DNA of 32,000 bases, from assembly GCF_001598795.1 (NCBI RefSeq), contig NZ_BCZP01000036.1:10689-42688 (forward strand), in the 5' to 3' direction. Below the pieces are notes generated by a model that was not told the DNA's origin, searched no databases, and saw nothing but the letters and a program-made list of their open reading frames with translations. Below are positions 25,236 to 32,000 of the stretch, piece after piece. Within the stretch, counting starts at the first letter, position 1; the number at the start of each line of letters is the position of its first letter. This stretch comes from Delftia acidovorans NBRC 14950. GTDB lineage: Bacteria > Pseudomonadota > Gammaproteobacteria > Burkholderiales > Burkholderiaceae_C. Both the position numbers and the translations under genes were made by a program.

Positions 25236-26587
25236 GCACCATGTCTGATGAATTGCCGATGCTCGCGCTCGACAGCCTGCCTTCGGGCGAGCCTCCTGAT
25301 TTTGCAGCCGACTATGAGATCGAGCGCTCGCGCGTCACTGTCGAGTTCCCGCTCAAGCTCAGGCCGCTCTTCGAGCCGCGGCGGTTCAAGGTCATGTACG
25401 GTGGCCGCGGAGGCGCGAAGTCGTGGTCCGTGGCCATGGCCTTGCTGGTGCTGGGCAGCAACCGCCCCTTGCGCATCCTTTGTGCGCGCGAGGTGCAGAA
25501 GTCCATGCGCGAGTCCGTGCATCGCCTGTTGCAGGACCAGATCGAGGCCCTGGGGTTGGGGGCGTTCTACGAGGTGCTGGGTACGGAAATCCGCGGAGCC
25601 AACGGAACACTGATCCTGTTCGCAGGCCTGCAGGCCCATACGGTGAACTCCATCAAGTCGTTCGAGGCCATCGATATCGTCTGGGTGGAGGAGGCGCAGG
25701 GCGTCAGCGCGGGCAGTTGGGAGGTGCTGGTGCCCACCATTCGGCGTCCAGGATCCGAGATCTGGCTGACGCTCAATCCTGGCCTGGCCAGTGACCCAAC
25801 CTATGACCGCTTCATCACCCATGCGGATGGTGATACTTGGCTCTGCGAAATCAACTGGCGCGACAACCCATGGTTTCCCGATGTGCTGGACAAGGAACGG
25901 GGACGCCATTTCAAGCGTGATCCAGACAGCTATTGGAACATCTGGGAGGGCCGTCCCAGACGCAGTCTGGCTGGTGCCATCTACGCCAAGGAGGTAGAGC
26001 GCCTGCACAACGACGGCCGCGTTTGCCCCGTCCCCTGCAATCCCAGGTTGCCCGTGCATACTGTCTGGGACCTGGGATGGGCCGACGACATGGCGATCGC
26101 TTTCGTGCAGCGCACGGCCGTGGACTTTCGGATCATTCATTTCATGCAAGGCCACCAGAAGACCTTGGAGTGGTACGTGCAGGAGATGGAAAAACTCCCC
26201 TATCTATGGGGCACAGACTTCCTCCCGCACGATGGCGCGCATGGAGATTTCAAGACCGGGCAGACTTCGCAGCAGATCCTGCAGGATATGGGCCGAGAGG
26301 TCGAGGTGCTCGAGCGATTCGGGCTGGAGGCCGGCATACGGATGGCGCGTGGCATCTTTGCCCAGGCCTATGTCGATGCCGGCAGGTGCGCCCAATTGCT
26401 GGATTGCCTGAGCCGGTATCGACGCCAGGTAGACCCCCGAACCCAGGAGCCTGGCGCGCCGCTGCATGACGACGCCAGCCACGGCGCAGATGTGTGGCGC
26501 TATCTGGCCATGGCCCTGCCGCGCATGGATAACGCGACCCAGTGCGCGATGAGGAATCGGCGGCGCGGAGGCGGCATGGCGCGTTGA
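25232..26587 (+). CDS. terminase large subunit (PBSX/Terminase_3-like)
   Basis: It has Walker A (YGGRGGAKSWS), ILCAREVQKSMRESV, Walker B-like DIVWVEEAQ, and a C-terminal nuclease region with DLGW.DD. Confidence 0.9.
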   Translation: MSTMSDELPMLALDSLPSGEPPDFAADYEIERSRVTVEFPLKLRPLFEPRRFKVMYGGRGGAKSWSVAMALLVLGSNRPLRILCAREVQKSMRESVHRLLQDQIEALGLGAFYEVLGTEIRGANGTLILFAGLQAHTVNSIKSFEAIDIVWVEEAQGVSAGSWEVLVPTIRRPGSEIWLTLNPGLASDPTYDRFITHADGDTWLCEINWRDNPWFPDVLDKERGRHFKRDPDSYWNIWEGRPRRSLAGAIYAKEVERLHNDGRVCPVPCNPRLPVHTVWDLGWADDMAIAFVQRTAVDFRIIHFMQGHQKTLEWYVQEMEKLPYLWGTDFLPHDGAHGDFKTGQTSQQILQDMGREVEVLERFGLEAGIRMARGIFAQAYVDAGRCAQLLDCLSRYRRQVDPRTQEPGAPLHDDASHGADVWRYLAMALPRMDNATQCAMRNRRRGGGMAR

Positions 26588-26616
26588 GACCGTGCCAAGC
26601 CTGCCATTGTCATGGC

Positions 26617-27039
26617 ATGCCTGCATGCATCGATCTTCGCAAGTCCCACCTCCACCGCCGGCACGGCGACCTGCTGGCCATCTACACCTGGATCAATGGA
26701 GAGAGGGCCCTGGTCCTGATCCCCAGTCTGCGTCCCAAAGCGCCCTGGTATGTGGTGATGGAGAGCGCCGCCTATCTCTATGACCATCCGTCTTACCTTG
26801 CACGCATGTGCGTGAAGGCTTGCGAGGTTTTGGGTATTGAACCCAGCCGGGCCAACTGGGTGCGGGTGGCCTCCATCATCAATGAAGGGTTGCCTGATCT
26901 GGTGGCCATGCCCAGCGAGCCGACATGGGAGCGCCGGGGCCGCGAGTTCGGTCACCTGGTGATCAAGATGGAAGGCAAGGAAATTGCAGCGCAGGCTTTG
27001 ACCGTTCCTGATGTGGGGGCCGAATATGTCCCTGCTTGA
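26617..27039 (+). CDS. hypothetical phage protein (140 aa) between terminase and portal
   Basis: It is an open frame on the phage late strand and overlaps the portal start. No family was recognised. The start at ATG 26617 was chosen to avoid overlap with terL. Confidence 0.45.
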   Translation: MPACIDLRKSHLHRRHGDLLAIYTWINGERALVLIPSLRPKAPWYVVMESAAYLYDHPSYLARMCVKACEVLGIEPSRANWVRVASIINEGLPDLVAMPSEPTWERRGREFGHLVIKMEGKEIAAQALTVPDVGAEYVPA

Positions 27040-29365
27040 ACCCCGCTTCAACCGCCGAGCAGGCGTGGGCGAGCACGTCCTGAACGATGAGCCGCCGGCT
27101 TTCGATGTGGTGGACACAGCGCCCCAGCATCCGCTGGACCAGGCCGAGGCCCGCAAGACGCTGCGAAAGCTCCTGAGCTGGTACTACCGCGAACGCGAGA
27201 TCCAGGCCGAGAACCGCCTGCAGATGTCCATCGACGCCGACTACTACGACGGCGACCAATGGGAACCTGCCGACGCAGCCACGCTGGAGGGGCGCGGCCA
27301 GGTGCCCCTGGTATTCAACGAGGTGGCCGTGATGTGCGACTGGCTGATTGGTACGGAGCGGCGCGCGCGCGTGGACTGGAGCGTGCTGCCACGCACCGAG
27401 GAAGGCGTGCAGATGGCTGACATCAAGACCAAGGTGCTCAAGTACGTGTCCGATGTGAATCGCACGGGCTTCAACCGCAGCCGGGCTTTTGAAGACACCA
27501 TCAAGGTGGGGGTCGGCTGGCTGGACGACGGGGTACGGAACGACCCAACCAAGGACATCATCTACTCCAAGTACGAAGACTGGCGCAACGTGCTCTGGGA
27601 CTCCATGGCAATGGAAAACGATCTGAGCGACGCGCGCTATATCTTCCGCACCCGTTGGGTGGACGAGGATGTGGCCATCACCATGTATCCAGCTCGCCGC
27701 GACGTGCTGCAGCGTGCAGTGGAGCAGGGACAGGAGCACAGCGCGCAGCAGTGGGCTGAGGACGCATTCCATTACCAGGGCCATTCCTCCAGTCAGCATT
27801 CGCGGGGTGGCCTGGCCAGTGGTTATGGCGATGCCGATGACGAGCAGCGCCGCCGCGTGCGGTTGATCGAGTGCCAGTTCCGCATGCCGGCCTCGGTTCG
27901 CGTCGTGACCGAAGGGCCGTTCAAGGGCGCGTTCGTTGAACCCTGGGACCAGGCTTTGATGCAAGCCATCGGTCAGGCTGGCGGGGCCATCGTGGACCGG
28001 GTGGTCATGCGCATGCACGTGGCCGTATTCACCGAAGGCCATCTGCTTGCGCTGGGGCCCATGCCCATGCGGCACAACAGCTTCAGCCTCACGCCCATCT
28101 GGTGCTATCGCCGCGGCCGCGATCGCATGCCCTATGGCGTGGTGCGGCGTGTACGCGATCTGCAAATGGACCTGAACAAGCGGGCCAGCAAAGCATTGTT
28201 CCTGTTGTCCACCAACCAGATATTCGCCGAGAAGGGCGCCTTCGACGATATCAACGAGGCGCGCGAGGAAATCAATCAGCCCGATGGGGTCGTGATCTAT
28301 CGCGCCGGACGGAAATTCGAGGTGCACCGCGACAGCGAGATGGCCTCCGGCCAGATGCAGATGATGAACCTGGATACCCAGGCGATACAGAAGTCCGCCG
28401 GCATCGGCAGCGAGAACCTGGGCCGGCAGACGAATGCCAGCTCCGGCATTGCGATCAAGGCGCGCCAGATGCAAGGATCGGTCGTGACCACACAGCCATT
28501 CGACAATCACCGGCTGGCTGTGCAGATCCAGGGCGAGAAGCAACTGAGCCTGATCGAGCAGTGGTACACGGAGGAAAAGGTCATTCGTCTGTCAGGCCAC
28601 AAAGGGCGTCTCGACTGGGTACGCATCAACCTGCCCGAGCTGCAGCCGGATGGCAGCGTGCGCTACCTCAACGACATCACAGCAAGCCTGGCTGATTTCA
28701 TTGTGTCCGAGCAGGACTATGCGGGCACGTTGCGCCAGGTCATGTTCGAGTCGCTTTCACAGATGGCCGGCCGCATGCCGCCCGAGGCTGCGTTGCGCCT
28801 GTTGACCATCGCCATGGACTACTCCGACCTGCCCAATAGAGAGCAGATCGCAGATGAGATGCGCAAGCTGACCGGTGAGCGCGACCCCGCCAAACCTCTT
28901 ACACCCGAAGAGCAGCAACAGATGCAGCAGCAGATGCAGGCCCAGGCCGAGGCCCTGCAAATGCAGCAGGAGGGCGCGCGCCAGGCGCTTGCCGAGCAGG
29001 TGGCCAAGGTCCGTGAAGTCAATGCCCGTGCCGAGAAGCTGGAGGCCGAGGCCGAGCACATGCGTGCCAGCGGCGGGGACCAGGCTCTGGCCTTGCGCAT
29101 GGCGGGTGCGGCCGCCTCAGTGCGGCGCGATGCGGATGTCGAGCTGGACAACATGCGCCAGCAACTTGCCAAGGCCAATGCAGACCTCGCCAACAAGACG
29201 CTGCAGATCCGGGCAGACGAGGACGTGCGCCTGCAGGTGGCGTGCATCGAGGCCGATTCGCGCGAGCGCGTGGCGCAAATCCAGGCCTTGAGCCGCCAGC
29301 ATCTCGATTCGATGTCGGGTCGCCTCGCCCAGTTTGAACAACAAGGAGTGATGGATGGGCAATGA
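27026..29365 (+). CDS. portal protein (large, with a long C-terminal coiled-coil region)
   Basis: A protein of about 780 aa directly after the terminase genes. It has the N-terminal motif DADYYDGDQWEP common in portal proteins. The C-terminal 150 or so aa are Q/A/E-rich heptad-like sequence. The family call comes from position and motif only. Confidence 0.7.
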   Translation: MSLLEPRFNRRAGVGEHVLNDEPPAFDVVDTAPQHPLDQAEARKTLRKLLSWYYREREIQAENRLQMSIDADYYDGDQWEPADAATLEGRGQVPLVFNEVAVMCDWLIGTERRARVDWSVLPRTEEGVQMADIKTKVLKYVSDVNRTGFNRSRAFEDTIKVGVGWLDDGVRNDPTKDIIYSKYEDWRNVLWDSMAMENDLSDARYIFRTRWVDEDVAITMYPARRDVLQRAVEQGQEHSAQQWAEDAFHYQGHSSSQHSRGGLASGYGDADDEQRRRVRLIECQFRMPASVRVVTEGPFKGAFVEPWDQALMQAIGQAGGAIVDRVVMRMHVAVFTEGHLLALGPMPMRHNSFSLTPIWCYRRGRDRMPYGVVRRVRDLQMDLNKRASKALFLLSTNQIFAEKGAFDDINEAREEINQPDGVVIYRAGRKFEVHRDSEMASGQMQMMNLDTQAIQKSAGIGSENLGRQTNASSGIAIKARQMQGSVVTTQPFDNHRLAVQIQGEKQLSLIEQWYTEEKVIRLSGHKGRLDWVRINLPELQPDGSVRYLNDITASLADFIVSEQDYAGTLRQVMFESLSQMAGRMPPEAALRLLTIAMDYSDLPNREQIADEMRKLTGERDPAKPLTPEEQQQMQQQMQAQAEALQMQQEGARQALAEQVAKVREVNARAEKLEAEAEHMRASGGDQALALRMAGAAASVRRDADVELDNMRQQLAKANADLANKTLQIRADEDVRLQVACIEADSRERVAQIQALSRQHLDSMSGRLAQFEQQGVMDGQ

Positions 29366-29678
29366 CGTCACGCAGGCCGCGCTCGAAGCTGCGGCCAACG
29401 CAACAAACGCTGGGGCGGCGGCGGCCATGAGCAGCAAGGTCGGCTGGAGCGGACTCGGACTGGGTGGCTTTGGCTGGCTCTTGACCTCCGAAGCCGGTGT
29501 CGCTATCGGCATAGTGGTGGGTGTCGCAGGCTTTTCGGTCAGCTGGTACTACCGCCGCAAGGAATTTCAACTGAAGTTGGCGGAAGAGGCTCGTGATCAG
29601 GCCGAGCACGAATTGCGCATGAGCCTCATGCGCCGCAGCGGTACGCGCAATGCCCCAGACGAGGAGGGTGGGCAATGA
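29355..29678 (+). CDS. holin (two-TM, possible pinholin)
   Basis: A 107-aa protein with strong SD AAGGAG 6 nt before the ATG. The two adjacent TM segments are VGWSGLGLGGFGWLL (Gly-rich) and AGVAIGIVVGVAGFSVSWYY. They are followed by a highly charged C-terminus, and the gene lies immediately upstream of the endolysin. Confidence 0.6.
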   Translation: MGNDVTQAALEAAANATNAGAAAAMSSKVGWSGLGLGGFGWLLTSEAGVAIGIVVGVAGFSVSWYYRRKEFQLKLAEEARDQAEHELRMSLMRRSGTRNAPDEEGGQ

Positions 29679-29748
29679 AGCAAGATCGATGGACCGCCGC
29701 CTTGCCTGGGCGAACTGCCGGGCCATGGGTGCATGCCCAGGGGAATGC

Positions 29749-30396
29749 ATGATGGCTGAGCAGACTTCCAAGGTGCCGGCATGGCTGGCAGGCCGGCTGG
29801 CCGCGCTGGTGTTGCTGGCCGGGTTGGGCAGTGGAGGGGCAATCGTGGCCCGGCACATTGACGGCCCGGCACTCAACGATCCCTATGTGCAGGCCGTTGC
29901 GGCAGATACCCAAACCTCGCCCGGCGTGAAGGTTGCGATGGTACTGGGCTCGTTCTACGAGAGCAGCGGGCACCATGTGGGAATGCCCTATGTCGACAAG
30001 CTGGGCAAGGGCCAGCCACTGACTGTCTGCAATGGCGTCACTGGAGAGGGGGTCACGGCGGGCCGCTGGTACAGCTCCTCAGACTGCTATGCACTGGAAC
30101 TTGGCCGCTACCTGATTGCAGAGCGCCATGCACGGCAAATGCTTGTGGACTGGGCGGCGTATGACCCATTCGTGCAAGGGCAATTCATCGACTTCGTGCA
30201 CAACAAGGGGGTGGGTAGCCTGGCTTCCAGCACGCTACTGCGCAAAGCCAACGCCGGTGATCTGGCAGGGGCCTGCAACGAGAACCCTCGCTGGAACAGG
30301 GGCACGGTCAAGGGCGTTTCCACCGTGCTGCCGGGGCTGCAACTGCGAGGCGATGCGAATGGCGAAATCTGCCGAGAGTGGAGGGTCATGCCTTGA
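29749..30396 (+). CDS. SAR endolysin, GH24 (T4/P21-type) lysozyme
   Basis: The N-terminal weakly hydrophobic Gly/Ala-rich segment AWLAGRLAALVLLAGLGSGGAIVA is signal-anchor-release-like. The catalytic region is YESSGHHVGMPYVDKLGKGQPLTVCNGVTGEGV; compare phage 21 R [23 protein letters not shown]. The start is ambiguous (29650, 29689, 29749 or 29752). Confidence 0.8.
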   Translation: MMAEQTSKVPAWLAGRLAALVLLAGLGSGGAIVARHIDGPALNDPYVQAVAADTQTSPGVKVAMVLGSFYESSGHHVGMPYVDKLGKGQPLTVCNGVTGEGVTAGRWYSSSDCYALELGRYLIAERHARQMLVDWAAYDPFVQGQFIDFVHNKGVGSLASSTLLRKANAGDLAGACNENPRWNRGTVKGVSTVLPGLQLRGDANGEICREWRVMP

Positions 30397-30914
30397 GCTC
30401 CCGCTTCTTCGTCCAGTCCATGGCTGCAGGACTGGCCTTCATCCTCGGTGCAGGTTGCGCGTGGTGGACTCAGGATCAACGCTACGGAGTGCGCCTGGAG
30501 CAACTGAGGCAACAGGCTGTCAGCGACGAACTGTCCCGTGTGCGCCAGGCCGCGCAGGACATGGCTGCTTTTTCCAAGGGACTTGACGATGCACTTGCCA
30601 CATTCCAACGTACCCAGCAGCGCAATGCGCTGGTCCAGCAGGATCTTGAGCGCAGCCTGCGCGACATGCACATTGCTGCTGCAGGCTTGCGCGGTGACTT
30701 CGCCGGTTTGCCAGAACGTATCAGCGCAGCTACCCGGCCCTCTCTTGCCCAGTACGCCAGCACCTGCACAGCCTTACTCGAAAGTCTGGCAGAGCGAGGT
30801 ACAAGAATGGCACAGCGCGGTGCAGACATCGCGCGAGCGGCTGATGGCCATGCCGCTGACGTCCGATTGATGGGTGATGCCTGGCCCCGTGCCAAGCCTG
30901 CCAATCTCCCTTGA
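30378..30914 (+). CDS. i-spanin (Rz-like)
   Basis: It has an N-terminal TM (MAAGLAFILGAGCAWW) followed by a charged coiled-coil periplasmic domain, and it follows the endolysin. Start candidates are GTG 30378, TTG 30393 (GGAGGG 7 nt upstream) and ATG 30420. Confidence 0.65.
   Translation: MEGHALSSRFFVQSMAAGLAFILGAGCAWWTQDQRYGVRLEQLRQQAVSDELSRVRQAAQDMAAFSKGLDDALATFQRTQQRNALVQQDLERSLRDMHIAAAGLRGDFAGLPERISAATRPSLAQYASTCTALLESLAERGTRMAQRGADIARAADGHAADVRLMGDAWPRAKPANLP
30625..30870 (+). CDS. o-spanin (Rz1-like lipoprotein) embedded in the +1 frame of the i-spanin gene
   Basis: The product begins MRWSSRILSAACATCTLLLQAC, a signal with a lipobox-like LQAC. The mature part is about 60 aa and Pro-rich (CAVTSPVCQNVSAQLPGPLLPSTPAPAQPY...). 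It lies entirely inside the Rz-like ORF, the classic embedded spanin architecture. Confidence 0.6.
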   Translation: MRWSSRILSAACATCTLLLQACAVTSPVCQNVSAQLPGPLLPSTPAPAQPYSKVWQSEVQEWHSAVQTSRERLMAMPLTSD

Positions 30915-30939
30915 GCACGCACATCAGGAACTGCCAACC

Positions 30940-31869
30940 ATGACCAATCAAGACGACCAACTGCGCCTTCTGTCCGAAGCCGAGCGCGCCACGTTGCAGG
31001 AAGACGACTATGACCCCAGCGAGGACAATGCGGCAGCACTTGCTGCGTTGGGCCGTGGCAGTCTCGATGGGAGCCCCGAAGATGAGCCAATGGGGCAAGC
31101 CGATGGCCGTGACAGTGATGACGCGCCAGCATCCACGCTGAAAGCCGGGGCGGAAGCGTCAACGAGCCATTCGCCCGAAACAGACCACAATGCCGAACGC
31201 CACGGCGCCGGGGGATCCTCTAAGCCGTTGCCATCTGGCTACAGGGTGGATCTGCCCTTGGATTACCAGGACCAGGTCTGGGCCAACAAATCTGCCATGG
31301 CCGAAGTCCGCCGCAGGTTCAACGACGGTGATCTGGACCACTCGGAAATGGAGGCTGAACTGGACAGGCTGCAAGATGAGCGTGACCAGCTACGCGATGT
31401 GAAAACGCGTGCCACTGTCTCTGCGGAAATGCGCCAGCAGTCTGAAATGGATGCATGGACCCACTCCATCCACACGTTCCTGGATGACGCTGCAAAAATG
31501 CCTGAACTGGGTCGCGTGAATTACCACGCGGACTTGGAAAAACAGGCTGACCTGGACGCTTTCGTCAAGGCACTTGGGGCAGCTCCCGCCAACCAGCACA
31601 GGCCTTTTCGCTGGTTTCTGGAGGAAGCGCACAGGCGTGTTCTGGCCCTGCATGGGATCCCCACCACCAAAAAGTCCGTGGACATGCGACGCCGGGCAGA
31701 TCCGTCCGACATAGTCACCAACCTGGCCGACGTGCCCGGCGGCGCAGGCGATGCCGACCCCGCGGGCGACGAGTTCGCCGAGCTGGACAAGCTCACCGGC
31801 CTGGACTACGAGCGCGCGCTGGGCCGCCTGTCCGAAGAAAAGCGTGCGCAGTTCCTGCGCTCGGTGTGA
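30940..31869 (+). CDS. putative scaffolding protein
   Basis: A 309-aa very acidic protein with an Asp/Glu-rich N-terminus and helical/coiled-coil middle (EMEAELDRLQDERDQLRDVK). It lies in the head module downstream of the portal. The call rests on composition and position only. The start was set at ATG 30940. Confidence 0.45.
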   Translation: MTNQDDQLRLLSEAERATLQEDDYDPSEDNAAALAALGRGSLDGSPEDEPMGQADGRDSDDAPASTLKAGAEASTSHSPETDHNAERHGAGGSSKPLPSGYRVDLPLDYQDQVWANKSAMAEVRRRFNDGDLDHSEMEAELDRLQDERDQLRDVKTRATVSAEMRQQSEMDAWTHSIHTFLDDAAKMPELGRVNYHADLEKQADLDAFVKALGAAPANQHRPFRWFLEEAHRRVLALHGIPTTKKSVDMRRRADPSDIVTNLADVPGGAGDADPAGDEFAELDKLTGLDYERALGRLSEEKRAQFLRSV

Positions 31870-31877
31870 AGGGCCCC

Positions 31878-32000
31878 ATGGCACAGGCTGCAGCATCGAC
31901 GCCCGGCGTGCGCCGCATCTTCATCGAGTTGCGCACGGGGGATGTGCTGGAGGTGGGCGGCGTTCGCATCCAGCTGGAGTACAAGAAGGGGCAGGCCGCG
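31878..32000 (+). CDS. hypothetical phage protein, N-terminal fragment (continues beyond window)
   Basis: ATG 31878 lies 9 nt after the scaffold stop. The product MAQAAASTPGVRRIFIELRTGDVLEVGGVRIQLEYKKGQAA is open to the window end. It is too short to classify. Confidence 0.35.
   Translation, partial: MAQAAASTPGVRRIFIELRTGDVLEVGGVRIQLEYKKGQAA

Larger units (their letters stand above)
20378..32000. mobile_element. temperate prophage (left part; right end beyond window), possibly extending left to the tRNA-Leu flank at 18404
   Basis: A contiguous phage gene set: Ogr-like, CI/Cro, replication, TerS/TerL, portal, lysis and scaffold. GC falls to about 52-58% across 20.4-22.3 kb. No integrase or att repeat is visible in the window. 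Confidence 0.85.

Noticed and set aside
23246-28543. Minus-strand ORFs inside the phage late region (23246-24244, 24468-25184, 25148-26155, 26963-28543).
   Set aside because: They lie antisense to TerS, TerL, the portal and the replication genes, which have strong signatures. Their composition is consistent with shadow frames.

Overview
This is a high-GC (about 65-70%) window whose gene content and codon bias look betaproteobacterial, probably Burkholderiales or Comamonadaceae-like (taxon is inference). All family calls come from reading motifs in the supplied translations; no database search was run. Bases 1-18.3 kb are ordinary chromosome. They hold a sulfur-handling operon (secreted tandem rhodanese, YeeE/YedE permease, a 57-aa mini-protein), ferrochelatase hemH, a HAD hydrolase and two small membrane proteins. 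They also hold a GntR-controlled module (PcaC-like decarboxylase, MmsB-like dehydrogenase, Bug/TctC binding protein), a second Bug protein, the squalene operon hpnCDE, and a divergent RND efflux pair. A tRNA-Leu(UAG) at 18317-18403 marks the change to accessory DNA. It is followed by a terminator, an AT-rich operator-rich promoter and a hipBA toxin-antitoxin cassette. From about 20.4 kb to the window end lies a temperate prophage. It has an Ogr/Delta-type zinc finger, an S24 CI-like repressor, a Cro-like protein and DUF1376 plus lambda-P-like replication genes. These are followed by TerS/TerL, a large portal, a lysis cassette (2-TM holin, SAR GH24 endolysin, embedded spanins) and a scaffold-like gene. 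The most interesting points are four. (1) hipBA sits as attachment-site-proximal cargo between the tRNA and the prophage immunity region. (2) The same GGTAT repeat family occurs at the cI/cro region and upstream of the Ogr-like operon. (3) The lysis cassette is inserted inside the head-morphogenesis module. (4) YeeE is paired with a Cys-bearing mini-protein where a TusA-like partner is usual. No integrase, CRISPR array or rRNA was seen. Many long ORFs in the track are antisense shadows typical of high-GC DNA.
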